From Aeromicrobium sp. (GTDB lineage: Bacteria > Actinomycetota > Actinomycetes > Propionibacteriales > Nocardioidaceae), in contig JBPCJE010000026.1 in NCBI GenBank assembly GCA_051005615.1, positions 25,454 to 89,453 of the forward strand: a stretch of DNA of 64,000 bases, read 5' to 3'. Below the pieces are notes generated by a model. That model saw nothing but the letters and a program-made list of their open reading frames with translations, searched no databases and was not told the DNA's origin. The translations under genes and the position numbers were made by a program. The first letter of the stretch is position 1, and each line of letters begins with the position of its first letter. Of this stretch, positions 41,871-55,958 are shown in pieces.

Positions 41871-43955
41871 ATGAGACCGGTGTCCGAGCTGCATCGCCAG
41901 GTGGCGCCCTTCCGCGTCGTCTCCGACTACCAGCCGGCAGGCGATCAGCCGACGGCCATCGCCGATCTCGACCAGCAGATGACCGGTGGCGTGCAGGACG
42001 TCGTGCTCATGGGAGCCACCGGCACCGGCAAGACGGCCACCACCGCGTGGCTGGCCGAACGCCTGCAACGCCCGATGCTGGTGATGCAGCCGAACAAGAC
42101 GCTCGCGGCCCAGTTCGCCAACGAGCTGCGCGAGCTTCTGCCCCACAACGCGGTCGAGTACTTCGTCTCCTACTACGACTACTACCAGCCGGAGGCGTAC
42201 ATCCCGCAGACGGACACGTACATCGAAAAGGACTCGTCCGTCAACGACGAGGTCGAGCGGCTGCGGCACTCGGCCACATGGTCGTTGCTCACCCGTCGCG
42301 ACGTCATCGTCGTCGCCAGCGTGTCGTGCATCTACGGCCTCGGCTCGGCACAGGAGTACCTCGACCGCATGATCGGATTCCGCGTCGGCGAGCAGATGTC
42401 GCGCGACCACCTGCTGCGCACGCTCGTGCAGGGCCAGTACGTCCGCAACGACGTCACGTCCACACGGGGCACGTTCCGGGTCAAGGGCGACACGGTCGAG
42501 ATCTTCCCCGTCTACCAGGAGATGGCCGTCCGGATCGAGTTCTTCGGCGACGAGATCGAGCGGCTCATGACCCTGCACCCCCTCACCGGCGAGGTGCTGA
42601 GTGAGGACACCGAGCTCTACGTCGGCGCGGCCACGCACTATGCCGCCGGGCCCGAGCGCATGGCCCGCGCCATCGAGACGATCCAGGTCGAGCTCGGTGA
42701 ACGACTTGCCGAGCTCGAGGGCGATGGCAAGCTGCTCGAGGCGCAACGCCTGCGCATGCGCACCACCTACGACCTCGAGATGATGCAACAGGTCGGCACG
42801 TGTGCGGGGATCGAGAACTATTCGAGACACATGGACGGCCGCGCGCCCGGCACGGCCCCCAACTGTCTGCTCGACTACTTCCCCGAGGACTTCGTGCTCG
42901 TGGTCGACGAGTCCCACGTCACGGTCCCCCAGATCGGGGCGATGTACGAAGGCGACATGTCCCGCAAGCGCATGCTCGTCGAGCACGGGTTCCGGTTGCC
43001 GAGCGCCATGGACAACCGGCCGCTCACGTGGGGCGAGTTCCTCGAGCGCATCGGCCAGACGGTCTACCTGTCGGCCACGCCCGGTCCGTACGAGATGGAC
43101 AAGGTCAACGGTCAGGTGGTGGAACAGATCATCAGACCCACCGGCTTGGTCGACCCCGAGGTCATCGTCAAGCCGACCAAGGGCCAGATCGACGACCTCA
43201 TCGGGCAGATCCAGGGCCGCACCGAGCGCAACGAGCGAGTGCTGGTCACGACGCTCACCAAGAAGATGGCCGAAGACCTCACCGACTACCTCCTCGAGGC
43301 GGGCCTGCGCACCCGCTACCTGCACAGCGAGGTCGACACGCTGCGACGCATCGAGCTGCTGCGTGAGCTGCGCATGGGTGAGTACGACGTCCTCGTCGGC
43401 ATCAATCTGCTGCGTGAGGGGCTCGACCTTCCCGAGGTGAGCCTGGTGGCCATCCTCGACGCCGACAAGGAGGGGTTCCTGCGCTCCGGCCGGTCCCTCA
43501 TCCAGACCATCGGCCGCGCGGCCCGCAACGTGTCCGGGCAGGTCATCATGTATGCCGACAAGGTCACCCACTCCATGGCCTCGGCGATCGACGAGACCAA
43601 CCGCCGCCGCGAGAAGCAGGTCGCCTACAACCTCGAGCACGGTATCGACCCCACGCCGCTGCGCAAGAAGATCGGTGACATCACCGACCTGCTGGCCCGC
43701 GAGGACGCCGACACGTCGCGGCTCCTGGCCGCCACCGGCGACCGACGGCGCAAGGGCGCTCCGGTGCCGCTCGGTCAGCACACCGCCGATCTCGCCCACC
43801 TCCCGTCCGGCGACCTGGCCGATCTCATCGACCAGCTGAGCGACCAGATGCACGCCGCCGCGGCGGAGCTCCAGTTCGAGGTCGCCGCACGCCTGCGCGA
43901 CGAGATCCGCGACCTCAAGAAGGAGCTGCGCAGCATGCTCGAGGCGGGGGTCTGA
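41871..43955 (+). CDS. uvrB: excinuclease ABC subunit B
   Basis: [41 protein letters not shown] and UVR domain. Confidence 0.98.
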   Translation: MRPVSELHRQVAPFRVVSDYQPAGDQPTAIADLDQQMTGGVQDVVLMGATGTGKTATTAWLAERLQRPMLVMQPNKTLAAQFANELRELLPHNAVEYFVSYYDYYQPEAYIPQTDTYIEKDSSVNDEVERLRHSATWSLLTRRDVIVVASVSCIYGLGSAQEYLDRMIGFRVGEQMSRDHLLRTLVQGQYVRNDVTSTRGTFRVKGDTVEIFPVYQEMAVRIEFFGDEIERLMTLHPLTGEVLSEDTELYVGAATHYAAGPERMARAIETIQVELGERLAELEGDGKLLEAQRLRMRTTYDLEMMQQVGTCAGIENYSRHMDGRAPGTAPNCLLDYFPEDFVLVVDESHVTVPQIGAMYEGDMSRKRMLVEHGFRLPSAMDNRPLTWGEFLERIGQTVYLSATPGPYEMDKVNGQVVEQIIRPTGLVDPEVIVKPTKGQIDDLIGQIQGRTERNERVLVTTLTKKMAEDLTDYLLEAGLRTRYLHSEVDTLRRIELLRELRMGEYDVLVGINLLREGLDLPEVSLVAILDADKEGFLRSGRSLIQTIGRAARNVSGQVIMYADKVTHSMASAIDETNRRREKQVAYNLEHGIDPTPLRKKIGDITDLLAREDADTSRLLAATGDRRRKGAPVPLGQHTADLAHLPSGDLADLIDQLSDQMHAAAAELQFEVAARLRDEIRDLKKELRSMLEAGV

Positions 43956-44004
43956 GGTCTCGCCTGCACACGCGGCTCAATCTGCACGGAGATACCGCGT
44001 TGTG

Positions 44005-44436
44005 GGATCGCCCCCGCCGGTATGCAAGGTGGCTGTGGTGGCATGAATGGATGCGCGCCTCGATCCCGCCAAGATCCTCGGCATCGCTGCAGCGATGCGC
44101 ATGTGATCCGTAACGCCGGCGGTGTGGTCACCGAGGACGCCGTGCGTTCCCTCGCGATCAGCCAGCGTCTGCTGGGCACCGAGGAGATCGTGCTGGTGCA
44201 CCACACCGACTGCGGCATGCTGACGTTCGCCGACGACGAGTTTCGTCAGGGCATCGAGACCGAGACCGGCATCAGGCCCAGCTGGGTTGCCGAGTCCTTC
44301 CCAGACGTGGCCGGTGACGTTCGCCAAGGGATCAATCGGATCAAGGCAAGGTCCCTTCATCCCTCACACGGAGCGGGTTCGTGGCTTCGTCCTCGACGTC
44401 GTCACCGGGGCGATCGACGAGGTCGACGCGGCCTGA
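44005..44436 (+). pseudogene. beta-class carbonic anhydrase remnant
   Basis: KVAVVA*MDARL (TGA at 44044-46 in the Cys position), IRNAGG and HHTDCGM. Frameshifts near 44092 and 44350, no recognisable start. Confidence 0.85.
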
Positions 44437-44500
44437 GCGCTGCCTCCGCGGATCCGCGGCGGACCGATCACGGGCGGCCCGGGCCCACCTGACACACTGG

Positions 44501-44610
44501 GTCGCGGAGGGGAGTATTCCTTCGCCGCGGTGTCGTCATCACGTCGACCGTCATCGGACGACCGGTGCTGCGGGCCACCCAAGACGGGTGGCGGAAGAGA
44601 CCTCCGGCGT
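44501..44610 (+). ncRNA. yybP-ykoY (Mn2+) riboswitch
   Basis: GGAGGGGAGUA...CGUCAUCAC...GAGACCUCC signature with P1 cggagg/cctccg, directly upstream of a TerC/Alx gene. Confidence 0.85.
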
Positions 44611-44632
44611 TGTCGACGACCGGAGGAATCCC

Positions 44633-45664
44633 ATGCAGGTGTCCCAGCTCGAGTGGTTCGTCACGGTGGGCGTCACGATTGCCGTGCTGCTGTTCGACGT
44701 CGTGGTCATCGCCCGACGCCCGCATGAGCCGACGATGCGCGAGTGTGCGATCGCCCTCTCGATCTACGTCGGACTGGCCGTGGTGTTCGGCGCGTGGGTC
44801 TGGAACTTCCACGGCAGCCAGTACGGCGTCGAGTTCGTGGCCGGCTGGCTGACCGAGTACAGCCTGTCGGTGGACAACCTGTTCATCTTCATCATCATCA
44901 TGGCCAGCTTCAACGTGCCGAGGAAGTACCAGCAGGAAGCCCTGATGGTGGGTATCGTGCTCGCGCTGATCTTCCGTGGCATCTTCATCGCCCTCGGCGC
45001 AATCGCGATCAACCAGTTCTCGTGGGTCTTCTACGTGTTCGGCGCGTTCCTCGTCTACACGGCATGGACGCTGGCCAAGGACACCGATCACGACGACGAC
45101 GCCGAGAACGCCGTCGTGCGACTCGCGCGCACCTACCTGAACACCACGGACAAGTGGGACGGGCTCAAGCTCTACGTCAAGGAGGGAAGCAAGCGGCTGA
45201 TGACGCCGATGTTCCTGGTCATCCTGGCGCTCGGCACCACCGACCTGATCTTCGCGCTCGACTCGATCCCGGCGATCTACGGTCTCACCGAGGAGCCGTA
45301 CCTCGTCTTCACCGCCAACGTGTTCGCCCTGATGGGGCTGCGGCAGCTGTACTTCCTGCTCGGCGACCTGATGAAGCGCCTCGTCTACCTCTCTCAGGGG
45401 CTGGCCTTCATCCTGTTGTTCATCGGCGTCAAGCTCGTGCTCCACGCGCTGCACGAGAACGAGGTGCCGTTCATCAACGGCGGTGAGCACGTGAATGTGC
45501 CGGAGATCCCGACGCTGCTCAGCCTCGCGGTCATCATCGTGACCCTCGCGGTCACCGCGGTCGCAAGCCTCTACAAGACCAGGGTCCTCGAGACCGCTGA
45601 CCCGGCTGACCCGGCTGACCCGGCTGACCCGATCGAGACCGATCCTACCGATCCTCGCGACTGA
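44633..45664 (+). CDS. TerC/Alx family metal (Mn) homeostasis membrane protein
   Basis: EYSLSVDNLF, DLIFALDSIPA and NVFALMGLRQLYF. Confidence 0.92.
   Translation: MQVSQLEWFVTVGVTIAVLLFDVVVIARRPHEPTMRECAIALSIYVGLAVVFGAWVWNFHGSQYGVEFVAGWLTEYSLSVDNLFIFIIIMASFNVPRKYQQEALMVGIVLALIFRGIFIALGAIAINQFSWVFYVFGAFLVYTAWTLAKDTDHDDDAENAVVRLARTYLNTTDKWDGLKLYVKEGSKRLMTPMFLVILALGTTDLIFALDSIPAIYGLTEEPYLVFTANVFALMGLRQLYFLLGDLMKRLVYLSQGLAFILLFIGVKLVLHALHENEVPFINGGEHVNVPEIPTLLSLAVIIVTLAVTAVASLYKTRVLETADPADPADPADPIETDPTDPRD
45596..45631 (+). repeat. 9-bp tandem repeat x4 (GCTGACCCG), coding (ADP)4
   Basis: Four perfect copies in the terC tail. Confidence 0.9.
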
Positions 45665-45676
45665 GGCCGGCAAGCC

Positions 45677-47077
45677 TCAAACGATCTCGTCGGGCTTGTC
45701 GATCTTGACGTCCTCACCCTGGGCCCGCCGGTAGAAGTACACGGGCACCGACAGGACGAGACCGACGAGCAGCAGCAGGCCGGCAATCTGGTACTGCTCG
45801 CCGTCGCGCCCGGACAGCGGAGTCACCAGATAGAGACACGCGGCCGCACCGAGCAGCGCGATCACGGTGTTGGTGCGGAAGTGGTCGTGCTCGACGGGGT
45901 CGCGACGCAGCACCAGCACGGCGATGTTGACGACCGCGAACACGCCGAGCAGGAGCAGGGCGGTGGTGCCGCCGAGCACCGCGATGGCGTCCTCGCTGGC
46001 GTACGACACGTAAGCGATGAGTGCGAAAGCCAGCGCGGTCGTGAACAGGATCGACACCCATGGCGTACGGGTCTTGGGATTCACCTTCGACAGCGATCGC
46101 GGAATGACGCCCTGCTTGCCCATGCCGTAGAGCAGCCGGCTGGCCATCATCATGTTGATCAGGGCGGAGTTCGCGACGGCGACCATCGAGATGAAGGGGA
46201 AGATGTCTCCGATCGGCACGTCCGGCGCACCCCGCTCGACCACGAGCGTGAGCGGTGTGTCACTGGCGGCGAGGTCGCCGACAGGCACCAGGGCGACTGC
46301 GCAGATCGAGACCAGCACGTAGATCAGGCCGGTGATGCCGAGACCGGTGAGCATCATCTTGGGGAAGATGCCCGGAGGATCCTTGCACTCCTCGGCCATG
46401 TTGACCGAGTCCTCGAAACCGACCATCGCGAAGAACGCCAGCGACGTCGCGGTCGTGACCGCCAGGAAGATGCTCTTGTCCTCCGGGGTGTCGAACGCAG
46501 TGACCCGCGAGAAGTCGGCATCGCCACCGCTGATCGCCCAGATGCCCACGAGGATGACGAGGACGAGTCCGGTGAGCTCGATGAGCGTGAGCACGACGTT
46601 GGTCTTGACGCTCTCGCTGACACCGCGCAGGTTGATCGCCATGACCAGGGCCATGAACCCGAGTGCCATCAGCATGATTGCCGTGCTCGACGCCTCCCAG
46701 CCGAAGCCGAGCGCCAGGTTGGACGCGAACGCACGCGATGCGGTCGAAGCCGAGGTGATGCCCGAGCTCATCACGGCGAAGGCGATGAGGAACGTGAAGA
46801 AGTGCACCCCGAAGGCCTTGTGGACGTAGAGCGCGGCACCAGCAGCCTGTGGGTATTTCGTCACGAGCTCGAGGTAGGAGAACGCCGTCAGGGTGGCGAC
46901 GATGAAGGCCACGAGGAACGGAAGCCACGCGGCGCCACCCACCTCGGCGGCGACCTGGCCAGTGAGGGCGTAGACGCCGGTGCCCAGGATGTCGCCGACG
47001 ATGAACAGCAAGAGAAGCTTCGGCCCCATCACCCGCCGGAGCTCGGTGGACTGGCCGTCAGCGGTGTCGGTGCTCAT
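45677..47077 (-). CDS. APC family amino acid permease
   Basis: GDILGTGVY, FFAMVGFED and ~12 TM helices. Confidence 0.9.
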   Translation of the reverse strand: MSTDTADGQSTELRRVMGPKLLLLFIVGDILGTGVYALTGQVAAEVGGAAWLPFLVAFIVATLTAFSYLELVTKYPQAAGAALYVHKAFGVHFFTFLIAFAVMSSGITSASTASRAFASNLALGFGWEASSTAIMLMALGFMALVMAINLRGVSESVKTNVVLTLIELTGLVLVILVGIWAISGGDADFSRVTAFDTPEDKSIFLAVTTATSLAFFAMVGFEDSVNMAEECKDPPGIFPKMMLTGLGITGLIYVLVSICAVALVPVGDLAASDTPLTLVVERGAPDVPIGDIFPFISMVAVANSALINMMMASRLLYGMGKQGVIPRSLSKVNPKTRTPWVSILFTTALAFALIAYVSYASEDAIAVLGGTTALLLLGVFAVVNIAVLVLRRDPVEHDHFRTNTVIALLGAAACLYLVTPLSGRDGEQYQIAGLLLLVGLVLSVPVYFYRRAQGEDVKIDKPDEIV

Positions 47078-47173
47078 GGTGTCCCCTTGGTGCCCGTGCA
47101 CGGGAGACACGGCGCGCTTTCACCATGCCCATGAGTGACCCGAAATCGCAACAGCACGTGTACTTTCAGACAC

Positions 47174-48460
47174 GTGCTGGTGGACGTCAGGACTCTCGTG
47201 GGCGGATGGGTCGGTCGGGTGGCCGTCAGGCAGATCCGGAGGAAGGGAATCGACCTCTCCCGCGTCGCCTTCATCCCCGAACCGTCCAAGGTGCCGCTGC
47301 AGCGGATCGGCACCGACCCGATCCCGCGGATCGCGGAGCTTCGACGCAGCGCTCCGCTGTATCGCCTACCGATGCCGTTCGTCGACTTCCGGGTCTGGCT
47401 CGTCACGGGCCACCAGGAGTCTCGCGTCGTGCTCACCGACCGGGACAGCTACAGCAACGACATCCGTCACCTCTTCAATGGTGACGGGCCGGCCACCTCC
47501 GACGACATCGGCGGGCTGGGCTTCACCGACCCGCCGCTGCACACCCGGCTGCGCAAGATCGTCACCCCGGAGTTCACGATGCGCCGGCTCACCCGCCTCG
47601 TGCCGATCATCGAGGACATCGTCGACGGTCAGCTCGACGAGATGGAGGCGTTGGGCTCGCCGGCCGATCTCGCCAAGCACCTGGCCTTCCCGGTGCCGTT
47701 CCAGACCATCTGCGCGCTCCTCGGGCTCGACTACGAGGACCGGGACGCGTTCGCGAAGCTCGGCAGCGCCCGGTTCGACGCAGCCCTCGGCGGGGCGGCG
47801 GCGTTCGGCGCGGTGTCGGAACAGCGGGAGTTCCTGTTCGACGCGGTCGCGCGTCAGCGTCAAGCACCGGGCCCCGGCCTGCTCGGCCAGATCATCCGGG
47901 AGCAGGGAGACGCGATGAGCGATGTCGACCTCGTCGGCCTCGCCGACGGCGTCTTCACCGGCGGATTCGAGACGACGGCGGGCATGATCGCCCTCGGCAC
48001 GATCGTGCTGCTGCGCGATCCCGAACACGCGGCCCTCATCCGTGACGGGTCGCCGGTCGAGGTCGACCGCGTCGTCGATGAGCTCCTGCGGTATCTCTCG
48101 GTGGTGCAGGTGGCGTTCCCGCGGTTCGCGAAGCAGGACATGGAGCTGTTCGGCCGGCAGATCCACAAGGGCGACGTGCTCCTGGCCTCGCTGTCGGGCG
48201 CCAACCGTGACGGCGTCGCCGCCGGTGCGGATCCGGAGGGGTTCGACCCGTTCCGGGTCCCGCCGAGCGCCCACCTCGCCTTCGGACACGGCATCCACCG
48301 CTGCATCGGTGCGGAGCTGGCCAAGATCGAGTTGCGGACGGTGCTCCCGCGACTGCTCCGCCGTTTCCCGGACCTCGCGCTCGCCAAGCCGGCGGACGAG
48401 CTCAACTTCCGCCGGCTGAGCTTCGTCTACGGTGTGGAAGACCTGCCGGTCAGGTTCTGA
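47174..48460 (+). CDS. cytochrome P450
   Basis: DPP.HTRLR, GGFETT, ELLR and FGHGIHRCIG heme motif. Start inferred from TACTTT-N7-GTG. Confidence 0.93.
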   Translation: MLVDVRTLVGGWVGRVAVRQIRRKGIDLSRVAFIPEPSKVPLQRIGTDPIPRIAELRRSAPLYRLPMPFVDFRVWLVTGHQESRVVLTDRDSYSNDIRHLFNGDGPATSDDIGGLGFTDPPLHTRLRKIVTPEFTMRRLTRLVPIIEDIVDGQLDEMEALGSPADLAKHLAFPVPFQTICALLGLDYEDRDAFAKLGSARFDAALGGAAAFGAVSEQREFLFDAVARQRQAPGPGLLGQIIREQGDAMSDVDLVGLADGVFTGGFETTAGMIALGTIVLLRDPEHAALIRDGSPVEVDRVVDELLRYLSVVQVAFPRFAKQDMELFGRQIHKGDVLLASLSGANRDGVAAGADPEGFDPFRVPPSAHLAFGHGIHRCIGAELAKIELRTVLPRLLRRFPDLALAKPADELNFRRLSFVYGVEDLPVRF

Positions 48461-48468
48461 CCTCCCTT

Positions 48469-48530
48469 CGCGATTCGGTCACGATTCGCCCTTCCCCGTC
48501 GATCAATGGGCACGTTGCGACCGAATCTCG
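48469..48530. repeat. REP-like imperfect palindrome, copy 2
   Basis: cgcgattcggtcac...gcgaccgaatctcg arms between convergent genes, similar to 5907-5965. Confidence 0.6.
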
Positions 48531-48540
48531 GCCCAAGGGC

Positions 48541-48912
48541 CTACGTCGTCGTGCCGGTCTGGCACTGCCCGAGCGTGATCCGCTTGTACTCGAGGAACCT
48601 GCGCGAGGTGGTGAACGCCTCGCGGTACTCGTCGGCCGGCAGCGTTGCGTAGTACTCGACCGCCTCGAGAAGCTCGTCGGCCTGCTTCTCGTCGCTCAGA
48701 TCCGCGTACTTCTCGGCGAACGTCCGCGCCCTCACGAAGTGGTCGATCGTGCCGTCGTAGTCGCGCTCGTTGAACGCGGCGATACCGGACCGCACCTCCG
48801 CGCACGTCTGGGACGCAGCATCGTCGATGTCCTTCTGATCGACGCCGCCGAACGGCCCAAGACCGCATCCGGCCAGTACGCCGAGCGCAGCACCGGCGAC
48901 GAACAGCCTCAT
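48541..48912 (-). CDS. hypothetical lipoprotein
   Basis: Lipobox LAGC, helical body, two further Cys and TAGAGT 6 nt upstream of the ATG. Confidence 0.7.
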   Translation of the reverse strand: MRLFVAGAALGVLAGCGLGPFGGVDQKDIDDAASQTCAEVRSGIAAFNERDYDGTIDHFVRARTFAEKYADLSDEKQADELLEAVEYYATLPADEYREAFTTSRRFLEYKRITLGQCQTGTTT

Positions 48913-48952
48913 GCAAAGACTCTAAGTTGCCGTTGCCGCCGCCGCCCGGTAA

Positions 48953-49606
48953 CTACCAGCCGCGCTCGCGCCACTCGGCGAGGGCGGGTCGCTCCGCTCC
49001 GATCGTCGTGTCGTTGCCGTGGCCGGGGTAGAACCAGGTCGAATCAGGGAACCTGTCGAACACCTTGGTCTGTAGGTCGGCCATCAGACTCTGGAAATCC
49101 TCCGGGCGTGTTGTCCTTCCAGGACCGCCGGGGAAGAGCGAGTCGCCGGTGAGCAGGTGGACGATGCCGTCCGGGTCGTCGTAGGCAAGGGCGATCGATC
49201 CGGGCGTGTGGCCGGCGATCGAGATGACCTCGAGCTCGCAGGAGCCCACGCGGACCCGGGCGCCGTCCGCGACTTCGACGGTCGTCGGCACCGGGATCTC
49301 CTCGGCGTCGATCGCGCTGGCAACGGTCTCGGCCCCGGTGGCCTCCACCACGGTCTTGAGGGCCTGCCAGTGGTCCGGATGCGAGTGGGTGGTGATGACG
49401 CGAGCCAGGCCGGCGTCGCCGATCACCTCCAGGAGCACATCGGGCTCGTCGGCGGCGTCGATGATCGCCTGCTCGCCGGTGAGAGCACAACGCAGCAGGT
49501 AGACGTTGTTCGCCAGTGGCCCGACAGCGACCTTCGTGATGACGAGGTCGCCTGCCTCGCGCGTGTCCGCTGGCCCGCCGACCTCGACCTCACCCGTGTA
49601 CTCCAT
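48953..49606 (-). CDS. MBL-fold metallo-hydrolase
   Basis: THSHPDH, GHTPGS, TGDSLF and YPGHG. Divergent from uvrA. Confidence 0.9.
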   Translation of the reverse strand: MEYTGEVEVGGPADTREAGDLVITKVAVGPLANNVYLLRCALTGEQAIIDAADEPDVLLEVIGDAGLARVITTHSHPDHWQALKTVVEATGAETVASAIDAEEIPVPTTVEVADGARVRVGSCELEVISIAGHTPGSIALAYDDPDGIVHLLTGDSLFPGGPGRTTRPEDFQSLMADLQTKVFDRFPDSTWFYPGHGNDTTIGAERPALAEWRERGW

Positions 49607-49655
49607 GGCCGCGAGGATACGGTGCAGGCCCGCGGGAGGTGCGGTCCGCATGTTC

Positions 49656-49677
49656 TGTCAGGATCCGCCGATACGAT
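49656..49677 (+). promoter_or_regulatory. RecA-NDp/PafBC-type promoter of uvrA
   Basis: TGTCAG-N10-TACGAT. Confidence 0.65.
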
Positions 49678-49715
49678 GGATGGAACTGCCCGACACCGCG
49701 AGATCAGGGGAATTC

Positions 49716-52598
<2,883 letters not shown>

Positions 52599-52635
52599 AC
52601 GGGACACGAGTCTTCGCCTGACACGAGGAGCAGTC

Positions 52636-53100
52636 ATGACCGAGCTGAGCGACCGGACCACCCGACGAGCCGTGCTGGGAGGTGTCGCGGCTGTGGGCGC
52701 CGGGGCCGTCCTCGCCGCGTGCGGGGGATCCGACGGCGACACGCAGTCGACCTCCCAGGATGATTCGACGACCGGTGATGGCACCGGTGGATCTGAAGGC
52801 GACGGCGCCGCGGGCGGCGTCCTCGGTACCACGGACGAGGTCCCTGTCGGTGGTGGCACGGTCTACCAGAAGGCCAAGGTGGTCGTCACGCAGCCGACCG
52901 AGGGCGAGTTCAAGGCGTTCACCGCGGTCTGCACCCACTCGGGCTGCACTGTCGGCTCGGTCAACCGCGACATCATCCAGTGCAACTGCCATGGCAGTCA
53001 GTACTCCGCCGCGGACGGCTCCGTGAAGCGCGGCCCGGCACCCAAGCCGCTGGCCGCCAAGAAGCTCGAGGTCGAAGGCGACAAGCTCGTCGTCAGCTGA
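52636..53100 (+). CDS. Tat-exported Rieske (2Fe-2S) lipoprotein
   Basis: TRRAVL Tat motif, LAAC lipobox and CTHSGC..CNCHGS. Confidence 0.9.
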   Translation: MTELSDRTTRRAVLGGVAAVGAGAVLAACGGSDGDTQSTSQDDSTTGDGTGGSEGDGAAGGVLGTTDEVPVGGGTVYQKAKVVVTQPTEGEFKAFTAVCTHSGCTVGSVNRDIIQCNCHGSQYSAADGSVKRGPAPKPLAAKKLEVEGDKLVVS

Positions 53101-53101
53101 T

Positions 53102-53123
53102 GGTCGGATGCCGCCCGTAGGCT
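53102..53123 (+). promoter_or_regulatory. RecA-NDp/PafBC-like promoter of uvrC
   Basis: GGTCGG-N10-TAGGCT, then 6 nt and GTG. Confidence 0.55.
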
Positions 53124-53129
53124 GGACGG

Positions 53130-55076
53130 GTGGCTGATCCGGCGACCTATCGCCCTGCTCAGGGGGAGATCCCCGTGGGCCCTGGGGTCTACCGGTTCCG
53201 CGACGAGGCCGGTCGTGTCATCTATGTCGGCAAGGCCAAGTCGCTGCGCGCGCGAATCAGCTCCTACTTCCAGGACATCGCCGGGCTGCATCCGCGCACC
53301 CAGCAGATGGTCACCACGGCGGCGGGGGTCGAGTGGACGGTCGTCGACACCGAGGTCGAGGCCCTGCAGCTCGAGTACACCTGGATCAAGGAGTTCGACC
53401 CGCGCTTCAACATCAAGTACCGCGACGACAAGTCCTACCCGTGGCTCGCCGTCACCGTGTCCGAGGAGTTCCCGCGTGTCCTGGTCATGCGCGGCGCCCA
53501 GCGCAAGGGCGTTCGCTACTTCGGTCCGTACGGGCACGCGTGGGCCATCCGCGACACCGTCGACACCCTGCTTCGCGTGTTCCCGATGCGGTCGTGCAGC
53601 GCTGGGGTGTTCCGGCGTTCCAAGGCGGTCGGCCGTCCGTGCCTCCTCGGCGACATCGGCAAGTGCGCCGCGCCCTGCGTCGGCCGGGTGAGTGCTGACG
53701 AGCACCGTGCGATCGTCGACGACTTCCTCGCCTTCATGGGCGGCCAGACGGCCGGCTTCACCCGACGCATCGAGAAGCGCATGCGCGAGGCGTCCGAAGC
53801 ACAGGAGTACGAGCTCGCTGCGCGGCTGCGCGACGACCTCGGAGCCCTCAACCGGGTTCTGGAGAAGCAGACGGTCGTGCTCGGCGACGGCACCGACGCC
53901 GACGTGTTCGGATTCGAGGTCGACCCGCTCGAGGTCGCCGTGCAGATCTTCTCGGTCCGTGGTGGACGCATCCGCGGCCAGCGCGGCTGGGTGGCCGACC
54001 GTGCCGACGAGGCCGACGTCCCTGAGCTGGTTCAGCGCGCGCTGGTCACGCTGTACGGCGAGGCGGCGTCCGAAGCGGTTCCGCGACAGGTGCTCGTCCC
54101 CGAGCTTCCGTCCGATGCCGATGTCGTCACCGAGCTGCTGGCCGAGCTGCGCGACGGCCCCGTCACCATCCGCGTCCCGCGGCGCGGCGACAAGAAGCGG
54201 CTGATGGAGACGGTCCAGCAGAACGCCCACCAGTCGATGGCCCGTCACAAGCTCAAGCGTGCCGGCGACCTCACCGCCCGCAGCCAGGCGCTGGAGGAGA
54301 TCCAGGTCGCCCTGAGCCTGCCGACCGCGCCTCTACGCATCGAGTGCTACGACGTCTCCAACCTGCAGGGCACCGAGATCGTGGCGTCGATGGTGGTGTT
54401 CGAGGACGGGTTGCCCCGCAAGTCCGAGTACCGACGTTTCACCGTGCGGCACGACGGCCAGAGCGACGTCGGGGCGATGCACGAGGTCATCACCCGCCGC
54501 CTCGAGCGGCTGCTCAAGGCGCGCGCGGAGGGCGCCGACGCCGTGCCGGGGGCGATCGATCCAGAAACAGGCAAGCCGAAGAGATTCGCCTACGCGCCGT
54601 CGCTGATCGTCGTCGACGGTGGGCCGCCCCAGGTGGCTGCGGCCCAGGCGGCCATGCAGCAGCTCGGCATCACCGACATCGCGTTGTGCGGCCTCGCCAA
54701 GCGGCTCGAGGAGGTGTGGGTGCCCGACGACGACGACCCGGTCATCCTGCCGCGCACGAGCGAGGGCCTCTACCTGCTCCAGCGCGTGCGCGACGAGGCG
54801 CACCGCTTCGCGATCGCCCACCACCGGCAGCGCCGTGCCAAGGCCATGACCGGCAGCGTCCTCGACGACGTGACCGGGCTCGGACCCACCCGCCGTCATG
54901 CCCTGATCAAGACGTTCGGATCGGTCAAGAAGCTCAGAGCCGCAAGCGTCGACGAGATCGCGAATGTCCCCGGCATCGGCCCGGCTACGGCACAATCCAT
55001 CGTGGCGGCGCTGTCGGACGACATCCCGGGTCGCGCCGTCGACATGGCGACCGGAGAGATCGTGGAGGATCGATGA
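53130..55076 (+). CDS. uvrC: excinuclease ABC subunit C
   Basis: [18 protein letters not shown] domain, [18 protein letters not shown] and HhH. Confidence 0.97.
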   Translation: MADPATYRPAQGEIPVGPGVYRFRDEAGRVIYVGKAKSLRARISSYFQDIAGLHPRTQQMVTTAAGVEWTVVDTEVEALQLEYTWIKEFDPRFNIKYRDDKSYPWLAVTVSEEFPRVLVMRGAQRKGVRYFGPYGHAWAIRDTVDTLLRVFPMRSCSAGVFRRSKAVGRPCLLGDIGKCAAPCVGRVSADEHRAIVDDFLAFMGGQTAGFTRRIEKRMREASEAQEYELAARLRDDLGALNRVLEKQTVVLGDGTDADVFGFEVDPLEVAVQIFSVRGGRIRGQRGWVADRADEADVPELVQRALVTLYGEAASEAVPRQVLVPELPSDADVVTELLAELRDGPVTIRVPRRGDKKRLMETVQQNAHQSMARHKLKRAGDLTARSQALEEIQVALSLPTAPLRIECYDVSNLQGTEIVASMVVFEDGLPRKSEYRRFTVRHDGQSDVGAMHEVITRRLERLLKARAEGADAVPGAIDPETGKPKRFAYAPSLIVVDGGPPQVAAAQAAMQQLGITDIALCGLAKRLEEVWVPDDDDPVILPRTSEGLYLLQRVRDEAHRFAIAHHRQRRAKAMTGSVLDDVTGLGPTRRHALIKTFGSVKKLRAASVDEIANVPGIGPATAQSIVAALSDDIPGRAVDMATGEIVEDR

Positions 55077-55948
55077 CCACCCCGGAAAGCGCGATCTCGA
55101 AGCTCGTGCTGGTCACCGGCATGACCGGAGCAGGTCGCGGCACAGCGGCGAAGGGGCTGGAGAAGCTCGGCTACTACGTCATCGACAATCTCCCCGCCGA
55201 CGTGCTCATCGAGACCGTCGACACGGTCGAGCGCTCCGGCGTCAGCGACCTGCTCGCCGTGGTGGTCGACGCACGCTCCGGTCCGTTCTTCGACCGTCTG
55301 GTCGCCGTCCTCGAGGAGCTGCGATCCCGCGGCACCCCGACGCAGATCCTGTTCCTGGAGGCCGCCGACGAGGTCTTGGTCCGGCGGCAGGAGGCGGCCC
55401 GCCGCCCGCACCCGCTGAGTCGGGAGGGTCGGCTCATGGACGGATTCGACCGCGAGCGAGAGCTGCTGCGGCGCCTGCGCGGTCGCGCCGACATCGTCAT
55501 CGACACCACCAACCTCAACGTCCATCAGCTCGGTCAGCGCATCCAGGCAGCGTTCGAGGACGCCGGGTCGAAGGGGCTCAGGGCCTCGGTCGTCTCGTTC
55601 GGCTTCAAGTACGGCATCCCGATCGACGCCGACATGGTGGCCGACATGCGCTTCCTCCCCAACCCGCACTGGATCGACGAGCTTCGTCCACTCAGCGGGC
55701 TCGACCAGCCGGTGCGCGACTACGTGCGCAGCCAGCCTCGGTCCGAGGAGTTCCTCGACCGCTACGAAGGACTGGTGGCGCTGCTCACCGACGGGTTCCT
55801 GCACGAGGACAAGCACTTCCTCACCATCGCCATCGGCTGCACGGGCGGACGTCATCGGAGCGTGGCCATGGCCGAGGCGTTCGCCGAACGCCTCCGTGCC
55901 CACGACGTCCGCACCCTCGTCGTCCACCGAGATCTCGGGCGCGAATGA
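55073..55948 (+). CDS. rapZ: RNase adapter RapZ/YvcJ
   Basis: [25 protein letters not shown] and [10 protein letters not shown]. Confidence 0.94.
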   Translation: MTTPESAISKLVLVTGMTGAGRGTAAKGLEKLGYYVIDNLPADVLIETVDTVERSGVSDLLAVVVDARSGPFFDRLVAVLEELRSRGTPTQILFLEAADEVLVRRQEAARRPHPLSREGRLMDGFDRERELLRRLRGRADIVIDTTNLNVHQLGQRIQAAFEDAGSKGLRASVVSFGFKYGIPIDADMVADMRFLPNPHWIDELRPLSGLDQPVRDYVRSQPRSEEFLDRYEGLVALLTDGFLHEDKHFLTIAIGCTGGRHRSVAMAEAFAERLRAHDVRTLVVHRDLGRE

Positions 55949-55958
55949 GAGCCACCAG

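Noticed and set aside
40845-43853. Very long antisense and alternate-frame ORFs (also 23973-26369, 50667-52859, 8419-10476, 654-2258, 27051-28652)
   Set aside because: They are shadows of high-GC3 genes on the opposite strand with no recognisable domains
44044-44046. TGA at the Cys codon as possible selenocysteine
   Set aside because: The gene also has two frameshifts and no start, and no SECIS was recognised, so a nonsense mutation is simpler
44446-44459. 14-bp perfect palindrome ccgcggatccgcgg
   Set aside because: GC-rich, single copy and plausible by chance or as a simple terminator stem
52636-53100. Rieske lipoprotein between uvrA and uvrC as a novel repair component
   Set aside because: The protein is exported, uvrC has its own promoter, and the adjacency is familiar in actinobacteria
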